A stretch of DNA of 63,892 nucleotides, filler included, from Nemertoderma westbladi (taxonomy: Eukaryota > Animalia > Xenacoelomorpha), in NCBI GenBank assembly GCA_032718475.1. It is 4 parts of 4 records of this genome, joined end to end, with 100 filler letters (N's around TTAATTAATTAA, not from the genome) between each part and the next. Parts side by side here need not be neighbours in the genome. Positions count along the whole stretch, not along the records: positions 28,916 to 57,853 come from JAUCBJ010000381.1; 3 more parts are not named here. The stretch is one strand, 5' to 3'. Of the stretch, positions 34,985 to 47,394 are shown piece by piece (position 1 is the first letter of the stretch; each line of letters opens with the position of its first letter). Made by a program: the position numbers and the translations under genes. The notes under the pieces are model-generated. The model had not been told where the DNA came from. It made no database searches and saw only the letters and a list, made by a program, of their open reading frames with translations.

Positions 34985-36197
34985 GCCACGCCTTTCCCTT
35001 ACGATCTTGGATAGCCCTTTCAGTGCTCCCCACGCCTTTCCCTTACAATCTCGGATAGCCCTTTCAGTGCTCCCCACGCCTTTCCCTTACGATCTCGGAT
35101 AGCCCTTTCAGTGCTCCCCACGCCTTTCCCTTTCGATCTCGGATAGCACTTTCAGTGCTCCCCACGCCTTTCCCTTACGATCTCGGATAGCCCTTTCAGT
35201 GCTCCCCACGCCTTTCCCTTACGATCTCAGATAGCCTTTTCAGTGCTCCCCACGCCTTTCCCTTACGATCTCGGATAGCCCTTTCAGTGCTCCCCACGCC
35301 TTTCCCTTACGATCTCGGATAGCCCTTTCAGTGCTCCCCACGCCTTTCCCTTTCGATCTCGGATAGCCCTTTCAGTGCTCCCCACGCCTTTCCGTTACTA
35401 TCTTGGATAGCCCTTTCAGTGCTCCCCATGCCTTTCCCTTACGATCTCTGATAGCCCTTTCAGTGCTCCCCACGCCTTTCCCTTGCGATCTTGGATAGCC
35501 CTTCTAGTGCTCCCCACGCATTTCCCTTATGATCTCAGATAGACCTGTCAGTGCTCCCCACGCCTTTCCCTTACGATCTCGGATAGCCCTTTCAGTGCTC
35601 CCCACGCCTTTCCCTTGCGATCTCAGATAGCCCTTCTAGTGCTCCCCACGCATTTCCCTTATGATCTCAGATAGACCTTTCAGTGCTCCCCACGCCTTTC
35701 CCTTACGATCTCGGATAGCCCTTTCAGTGCTCCCCACGCCTTTCCCTTATGATCTCGGATAGCCCTTTCAGTGCTCCCCACGCCTTTCCCATACGATCTC
35801 GGATAGTCCTTTCAGTGCTCCCCACGCCTTTCCCTTACAATCTGAGATAGCTCCCCACGCCTTTCCCTTACGATCTCAGATAGCCCTTTCAGTGCTCCCC
35901 TCAGTGCTCCCCACGCCTTTCCCTTACGATCTCAGATAGCCCTTTCAGTGCTCCCCACGCCTTTCCCTTATGATCTCGGATAGCCCTTTCAGTGCTCCCC
36001 ACGCCTTTCCCTTACGATCTCGGATAGTCCTTTCAGTGCTCCCACGCCTTTCCCTTACAATCTGAGATAGCTCCCCACGCCTTTCCCTTAAGATCTCAAA
36101 TAGCCCTTTCAGTGTTCCCCTCAGTGCTCCCCACGCCTTTCCCTTACGATCTCAGATAGCCCTTTCAGTGCTCCCCACGCCTTTCCCTTACGATCTT
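34985..36197. repeat. 44-bp satellite (~27 copies) derived from LINE ORF2
   Basis: Unit GGATAGCCCTTTCAGTGCTCCCCACGCCTTTCCCTTACGATCTC; the minus strand encodes RKGKAWGALKGLS. Confidence 0.93.
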
Positions 36198-37259
36198 CGG
36201 ATGTTCTGTTTGCCAATGGTCCAAGTTGCCTCCAGTATTTAGTGTTTAACATTTTAGCTTATTACTTTACTTTTTTAAATTATATTAAATTTAACTAGAT
36301 TGTGGAGGTAAGGAGTTCATGATACTGTTGATGCATAATAATTGTCATCAAGTGGAATATAACTCACTTGATGGAGTCAGTCAACAAACAACATAATTAA
36401 AATTTAAACGATTAATTAAATAATTCAGTATACTGCCGTCAAGAAATATACAACACATACGCTAACAATATGAGCACCGTAATGCCAATTCACAACATTT
36501 AAGTCGGTCTTCATTGTACTAATTGTATTGACTTAGTGGATAATAACGATTAATATATCATTTATTTACTATTTGATCGCGTTGTCTGCAACTGGTAGTG
36601 TTCTCAGAAAAATAAGTACCGGTAGCTAAGCTACTGTAGCAATTAGTAAGTTTAGCTTTTGTGCGTGGAGGGGGTGGGGAGGGGGTTGGGGGAGATGGCT
36701 CAAGGAAATTAAAATAGGGGGTGGGGGTAAAAACAATTAAAATGTTTTATTTACCGAGCGACAGGGAATAAAAAGGATCGAGCGAATATTTAAAAAATGT
36801 TCTATGTTTTTTTCAGACATTTTAATATTGAAATAATCTAAAACAATATTTAAATACGAATATTAAAATATCTGTAGTAACATTCAGAATTCATTGGAAC
36901 AGCAATATTCATTAATTAACACTTTTAATCGCTATTATATTTCAAATTCTATTCTAATTGTATATTCAACAATATATATATTATAATGTATCCCAATGTT
37001 ATAAAAATATACGAATTGCCGTATTTCATTGCCGAATTCCAATTGCACTGAACATCACTCATGCAGTTGTATTCGAAGATTAATACTACATTAATAATGT
37101 ATATTAACGTTGATTTTAGGTTATCAAAGAAATATATTACACTGGGAATTAATTCAAATCATTGTTATACAGCAAAAATGGTACGAAATGTTGTCCCAAC
37201 GTTTTTTTCAAATGTGATCACACTTGAGAGGCTTTAAATAACAATATCACTGTAATATT

Positions 37260-37575
37260 AATAGTACAATGAACACATCACCAATCAGACTCTATACAAC
37301 ATTGCAGGTGTTCCATTAATCTCCCCTAGCTTGATACTTGAACGGAACCGCCTCCGCTTAGCAGGACATTGCTTTCGCCGTGAGGACCAACCAGTGCATA
37401 ATCTTGTACTTTGACAGCCTCATGGAGTGAATAAGCATGGTGGACAGCCCATGACTTTCTTGAGACGCATCTTAAAGGACACTGGCCTTGAAGATGCGGA
37501 TGATCTAGCAAATGTCATGGGTGATAGGGAGTTGTGGCAATGCAATTTTGTAGACAAGGCGCCACAACATTCTTA
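37260..37575 (+). mobile_element. LINE ORF2 3' fragment
   Basis: RLRLAGHCFRREDQPVHNLVL*QPHGVNKHGGQPMTFLRRILKDTG; close paralog of 62911-63285. Confidence 0.88.
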
Positions 37576-38132
37576 ATATATATGTAATATATATATAATT
37601 CAGCTAAAACGTTTTTTTAATTTACCCGTCTTTACCATTATTTTGATTGTAGAACGCGTTATAGGCCAGTGGCCTGTATTATCCAGTATCCACGCCTTGT
37701 AGAATTTATCCTAAAAATGTTGACCAAAAAATATATGCGGTTTCTGTTGGAAGTTATTTAAATACACCGCACAATAATTGATTCTCTTTTCCCAGAGGTA
37801 GTACATAAACTGTAATTATAAAATTAAATTTCTTTCACACAAACGCGACAAATCTTGTTATTGATGCCTTGATCCACGTAGGGAACTATATAGAAGCAAA
37901 CGATTTCATATATAAAAGGTTGGTCCTAAATAATATGACTCGGCCTAGAGTTCAAATGGTGTCGGCATAGTGATCGGGTTCTGACTCATTATCGAGTTTG
38001 TGTGGTACAGAATGAGTTCAGAAAGTCAAGTTGGGGTTGATCTTTACTCCCATCATCAGGATTATCAAATTTGAATGTTTGCCTACAGTGGCGCGAAAAA
38101 TCGATTACAATTATCATACAACCCTTATTAAA

Positions 38133-39313
38133 AAATTTTACTCTCGATATTTTTACTCTCGATATTTTTACTCTCGATATTTTTACTCTCGATATTTTTA
38201 CTCTCGATATTTTTACTCTCGATATTTTTACTCTCGATATTTTTACTCTCGATATTTTTACTCTCGATATTTTTACTCTCGATATTTTTACTCTCGATAT
38301 ATTTACTTTTGATATTTTTACTCTCGATATTTTTACTCTCGAAAGTTTTACTCTCGATATTTTTACTCTTGATATTTTAACTCTCGATATTTTTACTCTC
38401 GATATTTTTACTCTCGATATTTTAAATCTCGATATTTTTCAACACTCGATATTTTTACTCTCTATATTTTTCAACACTCGATATTTTTACTCTCGATACT
38501 TTTCAACACTAAATATTTTTACTCCCGATATTTTTACTTGCGATATTTTTACTCACGATAATTTTACTCTCGATATTTTTACTCGACCAATATTTTTACT
38601 TTTGATATTTTTACTCTCGATATTTTTACTCTCGATACTTTTACTCACGATATTTTTTCTGTCGATATTTTTACTCCCGATATTTCTACTGTGATATTTT
38701 TACTCTCAATATTTTTACTCTCGATATTCTAACTCTCGATATTTTTACTCTCGATATTTTGGCTCTCGATATTTTTTCTCTCGATATTTTTACTCGCGAC
38801 ATTTTTACTCTCGATAGTTTTACTCTCGATATTTTTACTCTCGATATTTTTGCTCTCGATATTTTTTCTCTCGATATTTTCACTCTCATTATTTTCACTC
38901 TCAATATTTTTCAACTCTCGTTATTTTTACTCTCGATATTTTTATTCTCGATATTTTTTGAACTCATGATATTATCGATATTTTTACTCGCGATAATTTT
39001 TCTCTCGATATTTTTTGAACTCGTGATATCAATATTTTTCAATATTCGATATTTTTACTCTCGATATTTTTTGAACTCGTGATATCGATATTTTTCAATA
39101 TTCGATATTTTTAATTGCGATATTTTTACTCTCGATATTTTTTGAACTCGAGATATCGATATTTTTCAATATTCGATATTTTTACTCGCGCTATTTTTAT
39201 TCTCGATATTTTTCGAACTCGTGATATAATTGATATTTTTCAATATTTGATATTTTTACTCGCGTTATTTTTGCTCTCGATATTTTCATGTCCCGATATT
39301 TTTCAATATAACC
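38133..39313. repeat. 15-bp ATATTTTTACTCTCG satellite
   Basis: Homogeneous at the 5' end and progressively degenerate toward the 3' end; ends CGATATTTTTCAATATAACC as at 3911. Confidence 0.95.
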
Positions 39314-40049
39314 CAATAATCTAAATGCTGTGTTATTATTCTTCAAGTAACGTCGTGCGTGACCTTTAATTGCTTTATTGCTAGTTTGAATAAACTTTAT
39401 GTGACTGAAATTTTTTCACTTAAAAAGTTTGGTAAGTTGAAGTCTTTGGAGTTTGAGTTGAAGTCTTCACCATTATTGGATTTAGCGTAATGAACGTCGT
39501 ACTGTACACCTCGCTTCTGCGCTCGCTCGTGTCCAACACTGTACAATAACAGCTTACATATAATATATTTCTTGGGTTTTCTTTTTAATTCTTCTCACAT
39601 CTTGGGGGGGGGGGGGGGGGGCAATTTCACTCAGAACTGACCTTGACCTTATCTCGTCTATTTTTCCAGGAAACTTTTTAAAATTTGAAAGCAATATTTT
39701 CAGTGTCGAAATAACTACCGGTATTAACTAGTAAGTAGGCCTATGGATAACAGAAAGGCAAATAAATAAAATAAAATTTAACTATTGTATAATAGAATTA
39801 ATAAAGAAAAACATGCACAGTAGAACATAATCTGCCTGTGCCAAAAAATATTATCGTGTGACCTGGCCCAAGTAATGCCCATTATTCAATTTGGTGGAAA
39901 TTTGGTCCGGCGATAAATGAAAGTGAAGTATAGTCTTGGGCAGAAATCCAGGCATTATTTTGTAGTAGGCATACTCCACATAGTTTGGGAAATTGATATA
40001 ATTAAATATAATTTATTTTAATGCTACAGTATATTTGTTTTGTTCTCAG

Positions 40050-40462
40050 TTGTCGGATGTCAGCTGTCGGATGCCTGCTATCGGTTATCTGCTTTCGGTT
40101 GTCTGCTGTCGATTGTCTGTTGTTTGTCGATTGTCTGCGGTCGGTTGTCTGCTGTCGGTTATCTGCTATCGGTTGCCTGCTGTCGGTTGTCTGCTGTCGG
40201 TTATCTGCTGTCGGTTGACTGCTGTCGGCAGTCGGCTGTCGGTTGTCTGCTGTCGGTTATCTGCTGTCGATTTTCCGCTGTCGGTTGTCTGCTGTCGGTT
40301 GTTAGTTGTCTGCTGTCGGTTGCCGTATGTCTGCTCTTATCCGTTGTCTGCTATGCTGTCGGTTTGTCTGGGGTCGGGTGTCTGCTGTCGGTTGTCTGCT
40401 GTCGGTTGTCTGCTGGCGGTAGACTGCTGTCGGTTGTCGGCTGTCGGCGTAACTTTTACACC
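40050..40462. repeat. 14-bp TCGGTTGTCTGCTG minisatellite
   Basis: About 28 degenerate copies ending ...CTTTTACACCC. Confidence 0.9.
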
Positions 40463-40620
40463 CAATGTTTACTAAGAAATATCCTTTATCAAATAGCCCC
40501 ATTGAAATCCAAGTAGCAGCAGCCCCATTCTATAGTCAGACGGTAGGCTTATTTATTTAAGTTTACATTCCAGATTCTGGTCCCAGTGGCAATACAGGGC
40601 AATAGCGGAATCGGGCAGGG

Positions 40621-40692
40621 CCATAGCGTACTCTATTAATAATTATATTATATATTTATCAATAATTCTATTATTAATAGAGTACGCTATGG
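40621..40692. mobile_element. 72-bp palindromic mini-MITE upstream of TTC17
   Basis: Perfect 22-bp inverted repeat CCATAGCGTACTCTATTAATAA ... TTATTAATAGAGTACGCTATGG. Confidence 0.7.
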
Positions 40693-40907
40693 TCTGGGCA
40701 GGGCTTACTCTACTGCTCTACCAGGACATCATCGGTATGGTGAGGCGGATTTTCAAAATAACGGTACAGCTGGACTGTACAGCAGTAGTACAGTAGGCAT
40801 AGCCTAATCTCTGAGTCTAATTTCTGCAATTTCCGGAAATTTAAGATACGGAAACATAAATATAACTTCTCAACAAAATCGGACTTCCTTTATTTATAAT
40901 TATAATA

Positions 40908-41885
40908 ATGAGGTTTACTATTGCGGCTTTGAGTTTACTTCTCGGGATAATTGTTTACAGTAACCATGGGAACTGTGCCTCTCATTGGATCATGTCGGAT
41001 GACGGAACCATCGCACCGGAACCCGACTCAGTATTTAATCTTCGTAAACCGGGTGATTTATTGACCTTCATCGAACAGGACAAACGCATGGAGACGGTAA
41101 ACAAACTGGAGGCCGAACTTAAAGGTAAACAGAAGCACATAGTGGACACGGAGGGCGGCCAAACCAAGAAGGCCGAACCCGATTTGGAGCAACGTATTTT
41201 GGAGGAAGATGAAAACTGTAAAATATCAGAATCTACTCTCGAAGATTCCGATCTGTATTCCTACTTCAACGTTCCGATGGAGCGACTAGCGATAGAATTA
41301 AAACAGCTCATAGACTTCGATTCCGCCCCGGTAGATTCGCCGGACCTACTGACTCCTGTGTGCCAGAATATAATCCCATTGACATTCTCTATGAACGCCT
41401 TGCCACACATCTATACGATGGATGTGATGGCCTCCCTCAAGGATTTCCCTGAGAGCGAACTCACGCTCTCTCGGGAAGAGCTGCCGGTTAGCGTCCGGGT
41501 AGCCGGACACCTCCTCCACGTAGCGCTCAAGGGGGACCCCAACTCCTGGAGACTCTACAACTACGCCGCCCTCTATTGGCGCATTGTAGGGCACTCTGTG
41601 AACGCTGTCGAGTGCGTTCGCCGATCGCTGCATTACATACCCAGTATCGTCGCCGATGTGCCGCTAATGCATTTCGCCGGAGTGCTGCACCGCTCGGGAT
41701 TGCATCGACTCGCGGCCAGCGTTCTGGAACTCGCGTTGGCTTTGGGTCGCAACCCCGATATTGTGTCTCTAGCGATGGGGAACGTGTTTGCTGCCACTGG
41801 TGACTATAATGCCTCCGCCCATTGGTTCAATAGCGTCCCCATTGAAAGTATCTGGCGGTCTACCGCTGAAACGCGCCGCGTTAAG
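40908..41885 (+). CDS. TTC17: Tetratricopeptide repeat protein 17-like, exon 1 (326 codons, phase 0)
   Basis: Signal peptide, then SHWIMSDDGTI..DSVFNLRKPGDL, LEQR..EEDENC, SWRLYNYAALYWRI..AVEC..RSLHY, DVPL..FAGVLHR and MGNVFAATGDYNAS, which match my recollection of the TTC17 N-terminus. Donor AAG|gtaggc. Confidence 0.88.
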
Positions 41886-42045
41886 GTAGGCTAGTTATGC
41901 TAAATAGTTACGTAGATGAGCACTTATACATTTACGGACACTCTGCAAGTGCAACCTATAGTAACAATATCCTCCTGATATACCTTTATCTTACTTTACA
42001 TAATCTGTACACATTATCGTTTCAATGATACCTTACCTATATCCC

Positions 42046-42260
42046 ACATCGGCGTAGTGGTTAAATCCGTGAACGAATGGGGCCGTGTGGTTTTCGTTTC
42101 GGCATAATTATTTGAAGGGCCTCATCTCTGCCATGCATATAAATGGTAGCTAAATGAGTAGGCCTACCTGAGTTTTTTCTGGGGAGTAATGGCCCCGCCC
42201 TGGAAATACCGGTATATCGTTAGAATTTGTGGGGCGTATTCCCTGGCCTTAAAACGTTTT
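42046..42260 (+). mobile_element. Diverged SINE (copy 3) in the TTC17 intron
   Basis: A-box-like TCGGCGTAGTGG, B box deleted; shares TTTCGTTTCGG, CATCTCTGCC.TGCAT, AGCTAAATGAGTA and CCCTGGCCT with copies 1 and 2. Confidence 0.75.
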
Positions 42261-42324
42261 TACAAATAAATTTATATTTTTACAGACACTGTTTACTCAA
42301 ATAACAACATATCTTACTTTACAG

Positions 42325-42810
42325 GCTTTGTGCACTCTTGCTGTGTCTGCCGGATTACACCAGTACCACGCATTACTCGAAAACACACTAAGTGAATTAC
42401 GAGACTTCCAGAAACAACATAACTTACTACAAGAGACCCAACAGCTGGTGTACTTCCACCAACAGCTACCGGGGGTTCGGGTACTCGAGGAGGAGATGCA
42501 CGACATACTGGTTGGCAGACGATTCCTCCCGGAGCGGGCCCAGCTACCGCTGACAGAACTCACCCAGGAGTGTAAGTCTGGCGAGGGGATGATGGCGCCC
42601 GGGGGTCCCGCTACATCTACAGACGCAGACAAACCGGTGAGGTCTCCGAGAGTAACGACTTTCTGCGATATACTCACAGTGGCAGTGGACCCCCAACCTA
42701 CTGATATTGACCGCAGACACGGAGCCTTCGCCCAACCCTTACCCCCACATTCCGAACCCCAAGACGACGAAGACGTCTGCGATAAACTGCCACCCGTTAT
42801 GCGGCCTTAA
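42325..42810 (+). CDS. TTC17: TTC17-like exon 2 (terminal, 161 aa)
   Basis: cttactttacag|GCT TTG TGC is in phase with exon 1; LENTLSELRDFQKQH resembles TTC17 LQRTLNELKEYQKQH; TAA followed by an AT-rich UTR. Confidence 0.82.
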   Translation, partial: ALCTLAVSAGLHQYHALLENTLSELRDFQKQHNLLQETQQLVYFHQQLPGVRVLEEEMHDILVGRRFLPERAQLPLTELTQECKSGEGMMAPGGPATSTDADKPVRSPRVTTFCDILTVAVDPQPTDIDRRHGAFAQPLPPHSEPQDDEDVCDKLPPVMRP

Positions 42811-44929
42811 ATATATCGATCGCCTTTTAATTAAATTTTTTTATTCATATTTTATTTTACCATTTTATTTAATTTTTAAATGTGTATCAACAGTTTTAAC
42901 TTCATCCCAACACAATATTTGCTATTGAGTACGTTTAAGCTAAATATATATGTAACTACTACCTTGACGCAGATAATTTTCCCTATTTTCTTATTTATAT
43001 CCCTAAGTACCTAACTAATTCCCTTTTTCGTTGACTCTTTGTAAATAAACTGATTTATTACGGCGAGAGAATAACCCAATCCTCTTTTAACACTATTTTT
43101 TATTTGCTATAATAATAAATTAATCTACCCCATTTTTTTATTATTTAGTACTTAAAACTTAATTATTTACTCTGGTTGTGGGCTGTATAGGCTGACACAT
43201 GCGATGTGTATGAGTTGGTGCGATGGATCCTTTTGAGAGTAAATATTTCAGAGTTAGTGCAAGTAATAGTTTGGCATTGTTGACTTTTGGGGTTTTTCAA
43301 AACGCTGGATCGAATGCGATTTTATTTCATTCCCAAAAATTAATCGGTATGCTATTTTTCGTGGATCTAAGTTGTGGCACTTCAAATATTGAAACATATG
43401 AGACCCGGAAAATACCGCCATGTGTTGATTTCAGCACATTTTTATCGGTTTACTGGGTCGCTGATTCGAATGACAAAATATATGATTCGAAAAATACTAC
43501 AAAGTTGATTTTTTAACGCATTTTTATAGGTTTTCTTTGCCGCTGAATCTATTGAAATTAATTTAGAAGCCTGAAGACTTAGTGGTTCGTCATTCTTGGT
43601 GCACTAATAATGACGTACCACTAAGTCTTGAGTCTTCAATAGTATTTTCAATCGATTCAGCGGTCCAGAAAACCTATAAAAATTAATTGAAATCAAAACT
43701 TGGGTTTATTTTCAGAAACTTGAATATTTCAAAATTAGAAGTGTCACGCCCTAATTTTGGTGCCCCAAAATGACGTACCACTACACGTACATACTGTATA
43801 GAACAGTGGAGCGCACCATAGCAATCATAATCAATAAAAAACCCAAAACATCACTAAGGACGAACTTATAAATGACCATATAAAATTCGAAAATTAAAAA
43901 AAAATATGTGATGGGGACCAAATTTTTAGGTGGTACCCACATCGAAAAGTACAAATCCAACAGCGACGATGTTTTTTGCAAATACATAATGTTGTTGTAC
44001 AGTTTTACAGCAATATTTAGACATAGAGAATTGGCGTAAAGTTAAAGTGGCTTATAACACAGCCTTCTAATATATTTACCTTAATGTCTCGTCTAAAACT
44101 ATCCACATTCGGCAAAACATCCGGGTAGAATAGTTAATTTCAGACAATTGAAATTTGTGATAAATATTTAAATAAAAGCCGATTGTCAGTCGAGGTAAGG
44201 GATGGAGGGTGGAGTGATTAAAATTCTCCAACATAATTAGAAGCTATATGGAAAGCTAGAAAATGAAATGTGAGCTATTTACTTTCGGTCCAGTCCTGGT
44301 TCGACCCCGTTTCGAGGAGATGCCATTTCGTAACTGCTCGTCTACTCAGCGAAATGGGAAAGGAATATGGGAGGTGGGGTTGGATAATTAAGGTGAGTTC
44401 AACCTTGGGAGTTTGTGTGACGCCGCCCTTACTTACAGATAATTATTCGTTTTGCCTCCGGTGTTTGCCGATAAATTTAATTTCTCATTTCCCCGGTATC
44501 CCCAGCGTGAAATACCTTATTTATTTGATTCATTTATTTATAACATTTACTGTACATTGTTGTAACATATTAGTACACAAAGAATTACTTATTAGTTATG
44601 GTTAGGCCACCAGCTGGGTTATTAACATACAATAATAACACAATAATTTGTCATGTCCAATGCCCATACGAATTGCTGAAGGCTAATCGAATAATTGGTT
44701 GAACTCATTACTGTTGCCAAGATACCATTGACACTGAGCGTAATAGTAAGATCCCAACATGCAGATAGCTGTGGAAACATGTTAACTGTTTTACCGGTAG
44801 CCATATACAATACGGCATAATAACGGCTTCAGTATTGTCAATTACTTTGACACTGCTGTATAGTCCCAGCACAAGGATTTTAATGTAGTAGTAGCGATGG
44901 AGGGTTTCCATTAATTACTAATTAATAAG

Positions 44930-45158
44930 ATGGATTGGGTGAACTCTCAACAGGCCCAGACAGACTGGGTTCACTATGGACGAACCCTTGAGGTTGTAAC
45001 CCCGCAGTCGCTTACCTCACTGGTTCCCCAAGCAAGGAGTCTGATTGGTCAATCTAACTACTTTCGATTGCGTGATATCCAGCAACGAAAAGATTTTGTA
45101 AAACGCGGTAATTTAATTTCGCCAAAAAGACAATTAATTTTAAGAGGATACAATGAAG
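44930..45158 (+). CDS. LRRIQ3: LRRIQ3-like exon 1 (229 nt, phase 1), copy 1
   Basis: ATG-initiated ORF ending GAA G|gtatgt, phase-compatible with the next exon; assigned by exon phase, not by recognised homology. Confidence 0.6.
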
Positions 45159-45377
45159 GTATGTGGATCTAATATAACAGCATTAAGTAATTATGGATTG
45201 CATCAGATAATTGCCAACAATTGGTACCAGTATTGGTACTACTGTAGTGTCAGCTCCCTCGATTAAAACTCCCTCTTCGTAATTCCTATTGATGATAATT
45301 TATTGTTTATTAGTTAGATGTGGACTACTATTAATAATTAATTACTGTAATTATTGACGATATGTTTCGTTTACTAG

Positions 45378-45556
45378 AAGTGGAGTTACACGATTTACGA
45401 TACGTTAATCTACCGGGGGAACATCTCAAGGACTTTGGTCTTCTGTCAGTCTGCATTCATCTCCGAGTTCTGGTTCTTGCGAATAATTACATTCAGGATA
45501 TATCGCCACTAATAACCTGTAGAAACCTGATAAAACTCGACTTGCACAATAACCAG
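45378..45556 (+). CDS. LRRIQ3: LRRIQ3-like exon 2 (LRR repeats), copy 1
   Basis: tttcgtttactag|AA..; YVNLPGEHLKDFGLLSVCIHLRVLVLANNYIQDISPLITCRNLIKLDLHNNQ|gtaagg resembles LRRIQ3 (LHLKS..CISLRV..SNNFITDIHPL..C.KLIKLDLHGNQ, from memory). Confidence 0.78.
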
Positions 45557-47258
45557 GTAAGGTAGAGTTAGGCACAATAACCAGGTAAGGTAGAGTTAGG
45601 CACAATAACCAGGTAAGGTAGAGTTAGGCACAATAACCAGGTAAGGTAGAGTTAGGCACAATAACCAGGTAAGGTAGAGTTAGGCACAATAACCAGGTAA
45701 GGTAGAGTTAGGCACAATAACGAGGTAAGGTAGAGTTAGGCACAATAACCAGGTAAGGTAGAGTTAGGCACAATAACCAGGTAAGGTAGAGTTAGGCACA
45801 ATAACCAGGTAAGGTAGAGTTAGGCACAATAACCAGGTAAGATAGAGTTAGGCACAATAACCAGGTAAGGTAGAGTTAGGCACAATAACCAGGTAAGGTA
45901 GAGTTAGGCACAATAACCAGGTAAGGTAGAGTTAGGCACAATAACCAGGTAAGGTAGAGTTAGGCACAATAACCAGGTAAGGTAGAGTTAGGCACAATAA
46001 CCAGGTAAGGTAGAGTTAGGCACAATAACCAGGTAAGGTAGAGTTAGGCACAATAACCAGGTAAGGTAGAGTTAGGCACAATAACCAGGTAAGGTAGAGT
46101 TAGGCACAATAACCAGGTAAGGTAGAGTTAGGCACAATAACGAGGTAAGGTAGAGTTAGGCACAATAACCAGGTAAGGTAGAGTTAGGCACAATAACCAG
46201 GTAAGGTAGAGTTAGGCACAATAACCAGGTAAGGTAGAGTTAGGCACAATAACCAGGTAAGGTAGAGTTAGGCACAATAACCAGGTAAGGTAGAGTTAGG
46301 CACAATAACCAGGTAAGGTAGAGTTAGGCACAATAACCAGGTAAAGTAGAGTTAGGCACAATAACCAGGTAAGGTAGAGTTAGGCACAATAACCAGGTAA
46401 GGTAGAGTTAGGCACAATAACCAGGTAAGGTAGAGTTAGGCACAATAACCAGGTAAAGTAGAGTTAGGCACAATAACCAGGTAAGGTAGAGTTAGGCACA
46501 ATAACCAGGTAAGGTAGAGTTAGGCACAATAACCAGGTAAGGTATAGTTATGCACAATAACCAGGTAAGGTAGAGTTAGGCACAATAACCAGGTAAAGTA
46601 GAGTTAGGCACAATAACCAGGTAAAGTAGAGTTAGGCACAATAACCAGGTAAAGTAGAGCTAGGCACAATAACCAGTTAAGGTAGAGTTAGGCACAATAA
46701 CCAGGTAAGGTAGAGTTAGGCACAATAACCAGGTAAGGTAGAGTTAGGCACAATAACCAGGTAAGGTAGAGTTAGGCACAATAACCAGGTAAGGTAGAGT
46801 TAGGCACAATAACCAGGTAAAGTAGAGTTAGGCACAATAACCAGGTAAAGTAGAGCTAGGCACAATAACCAGGTAAGGTAGAGTTAGGCACAATAACCAG
46901 GTAAAGTAGAGTTAGGCACAATAACCAGGTAAGGTAGAGTTAGGCACAATAACCAGGTAAGGTAGAGTTAGGCACAATAACCAGGTAAAGTAGAGTTAGG
47001 CACAATAACCAGGTAAGGTAGAGTTAGGCAATAACCAGGTAAGGTATAGTTATGCACAATAACCAGGTAAAGTAGAGTTAGGCACAATAACCAGGTAAAG
47101 TAGAGCTAGGCACAATAACCAGGTAAGGTAGAGTTAGGCACAATAACCAGGTAAGGTAGAGTTAGGCACAATAACCAGGTAAGGTAGAGTTATGCACAAT
47201 AACCAGGTAAGGTAAAGTTAGGCACAATAACGAGGTAAGATAGAGTTAGGCACAATAA
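45544..47258. repeat. 28-bp splice-donor satellite, array 1 (~61 copies)
   Basis: Unit GCACAATAACCAG|GTAAGGTAGAGTTAG; the first unit overlaps the exon end. Confidence 0.98.
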
Positions 47259-47394
47259 TAGGCCCCGCCCTGGAAATACCGGTATATCGTTAGAATTTGT
47301 GGGGCGTATTCCCTGGCCTTAAAACGTTTTTACAAATAAATTTATATTTTTACAGACACTGTTTACTCAAATAACAACATATCTTACTTTACAG

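Larger units (their letters stand above)
42191..47260. repeat. Tandem segmental duplication, copy 1 (period 5070 bp)
   Basis: All ORFs recur identically at +5070; I saw no differences in the 3.35-kb unique part. Confidence 0.95.

Noticed and set aside
44285-44360. Structured RNA (B-box-like GGTTCGACCC plus CCATTTCG/CGAAATGG hairpin)
   Set aside because: I could not build a tRNA or HDV-like ribozyme fold from it.
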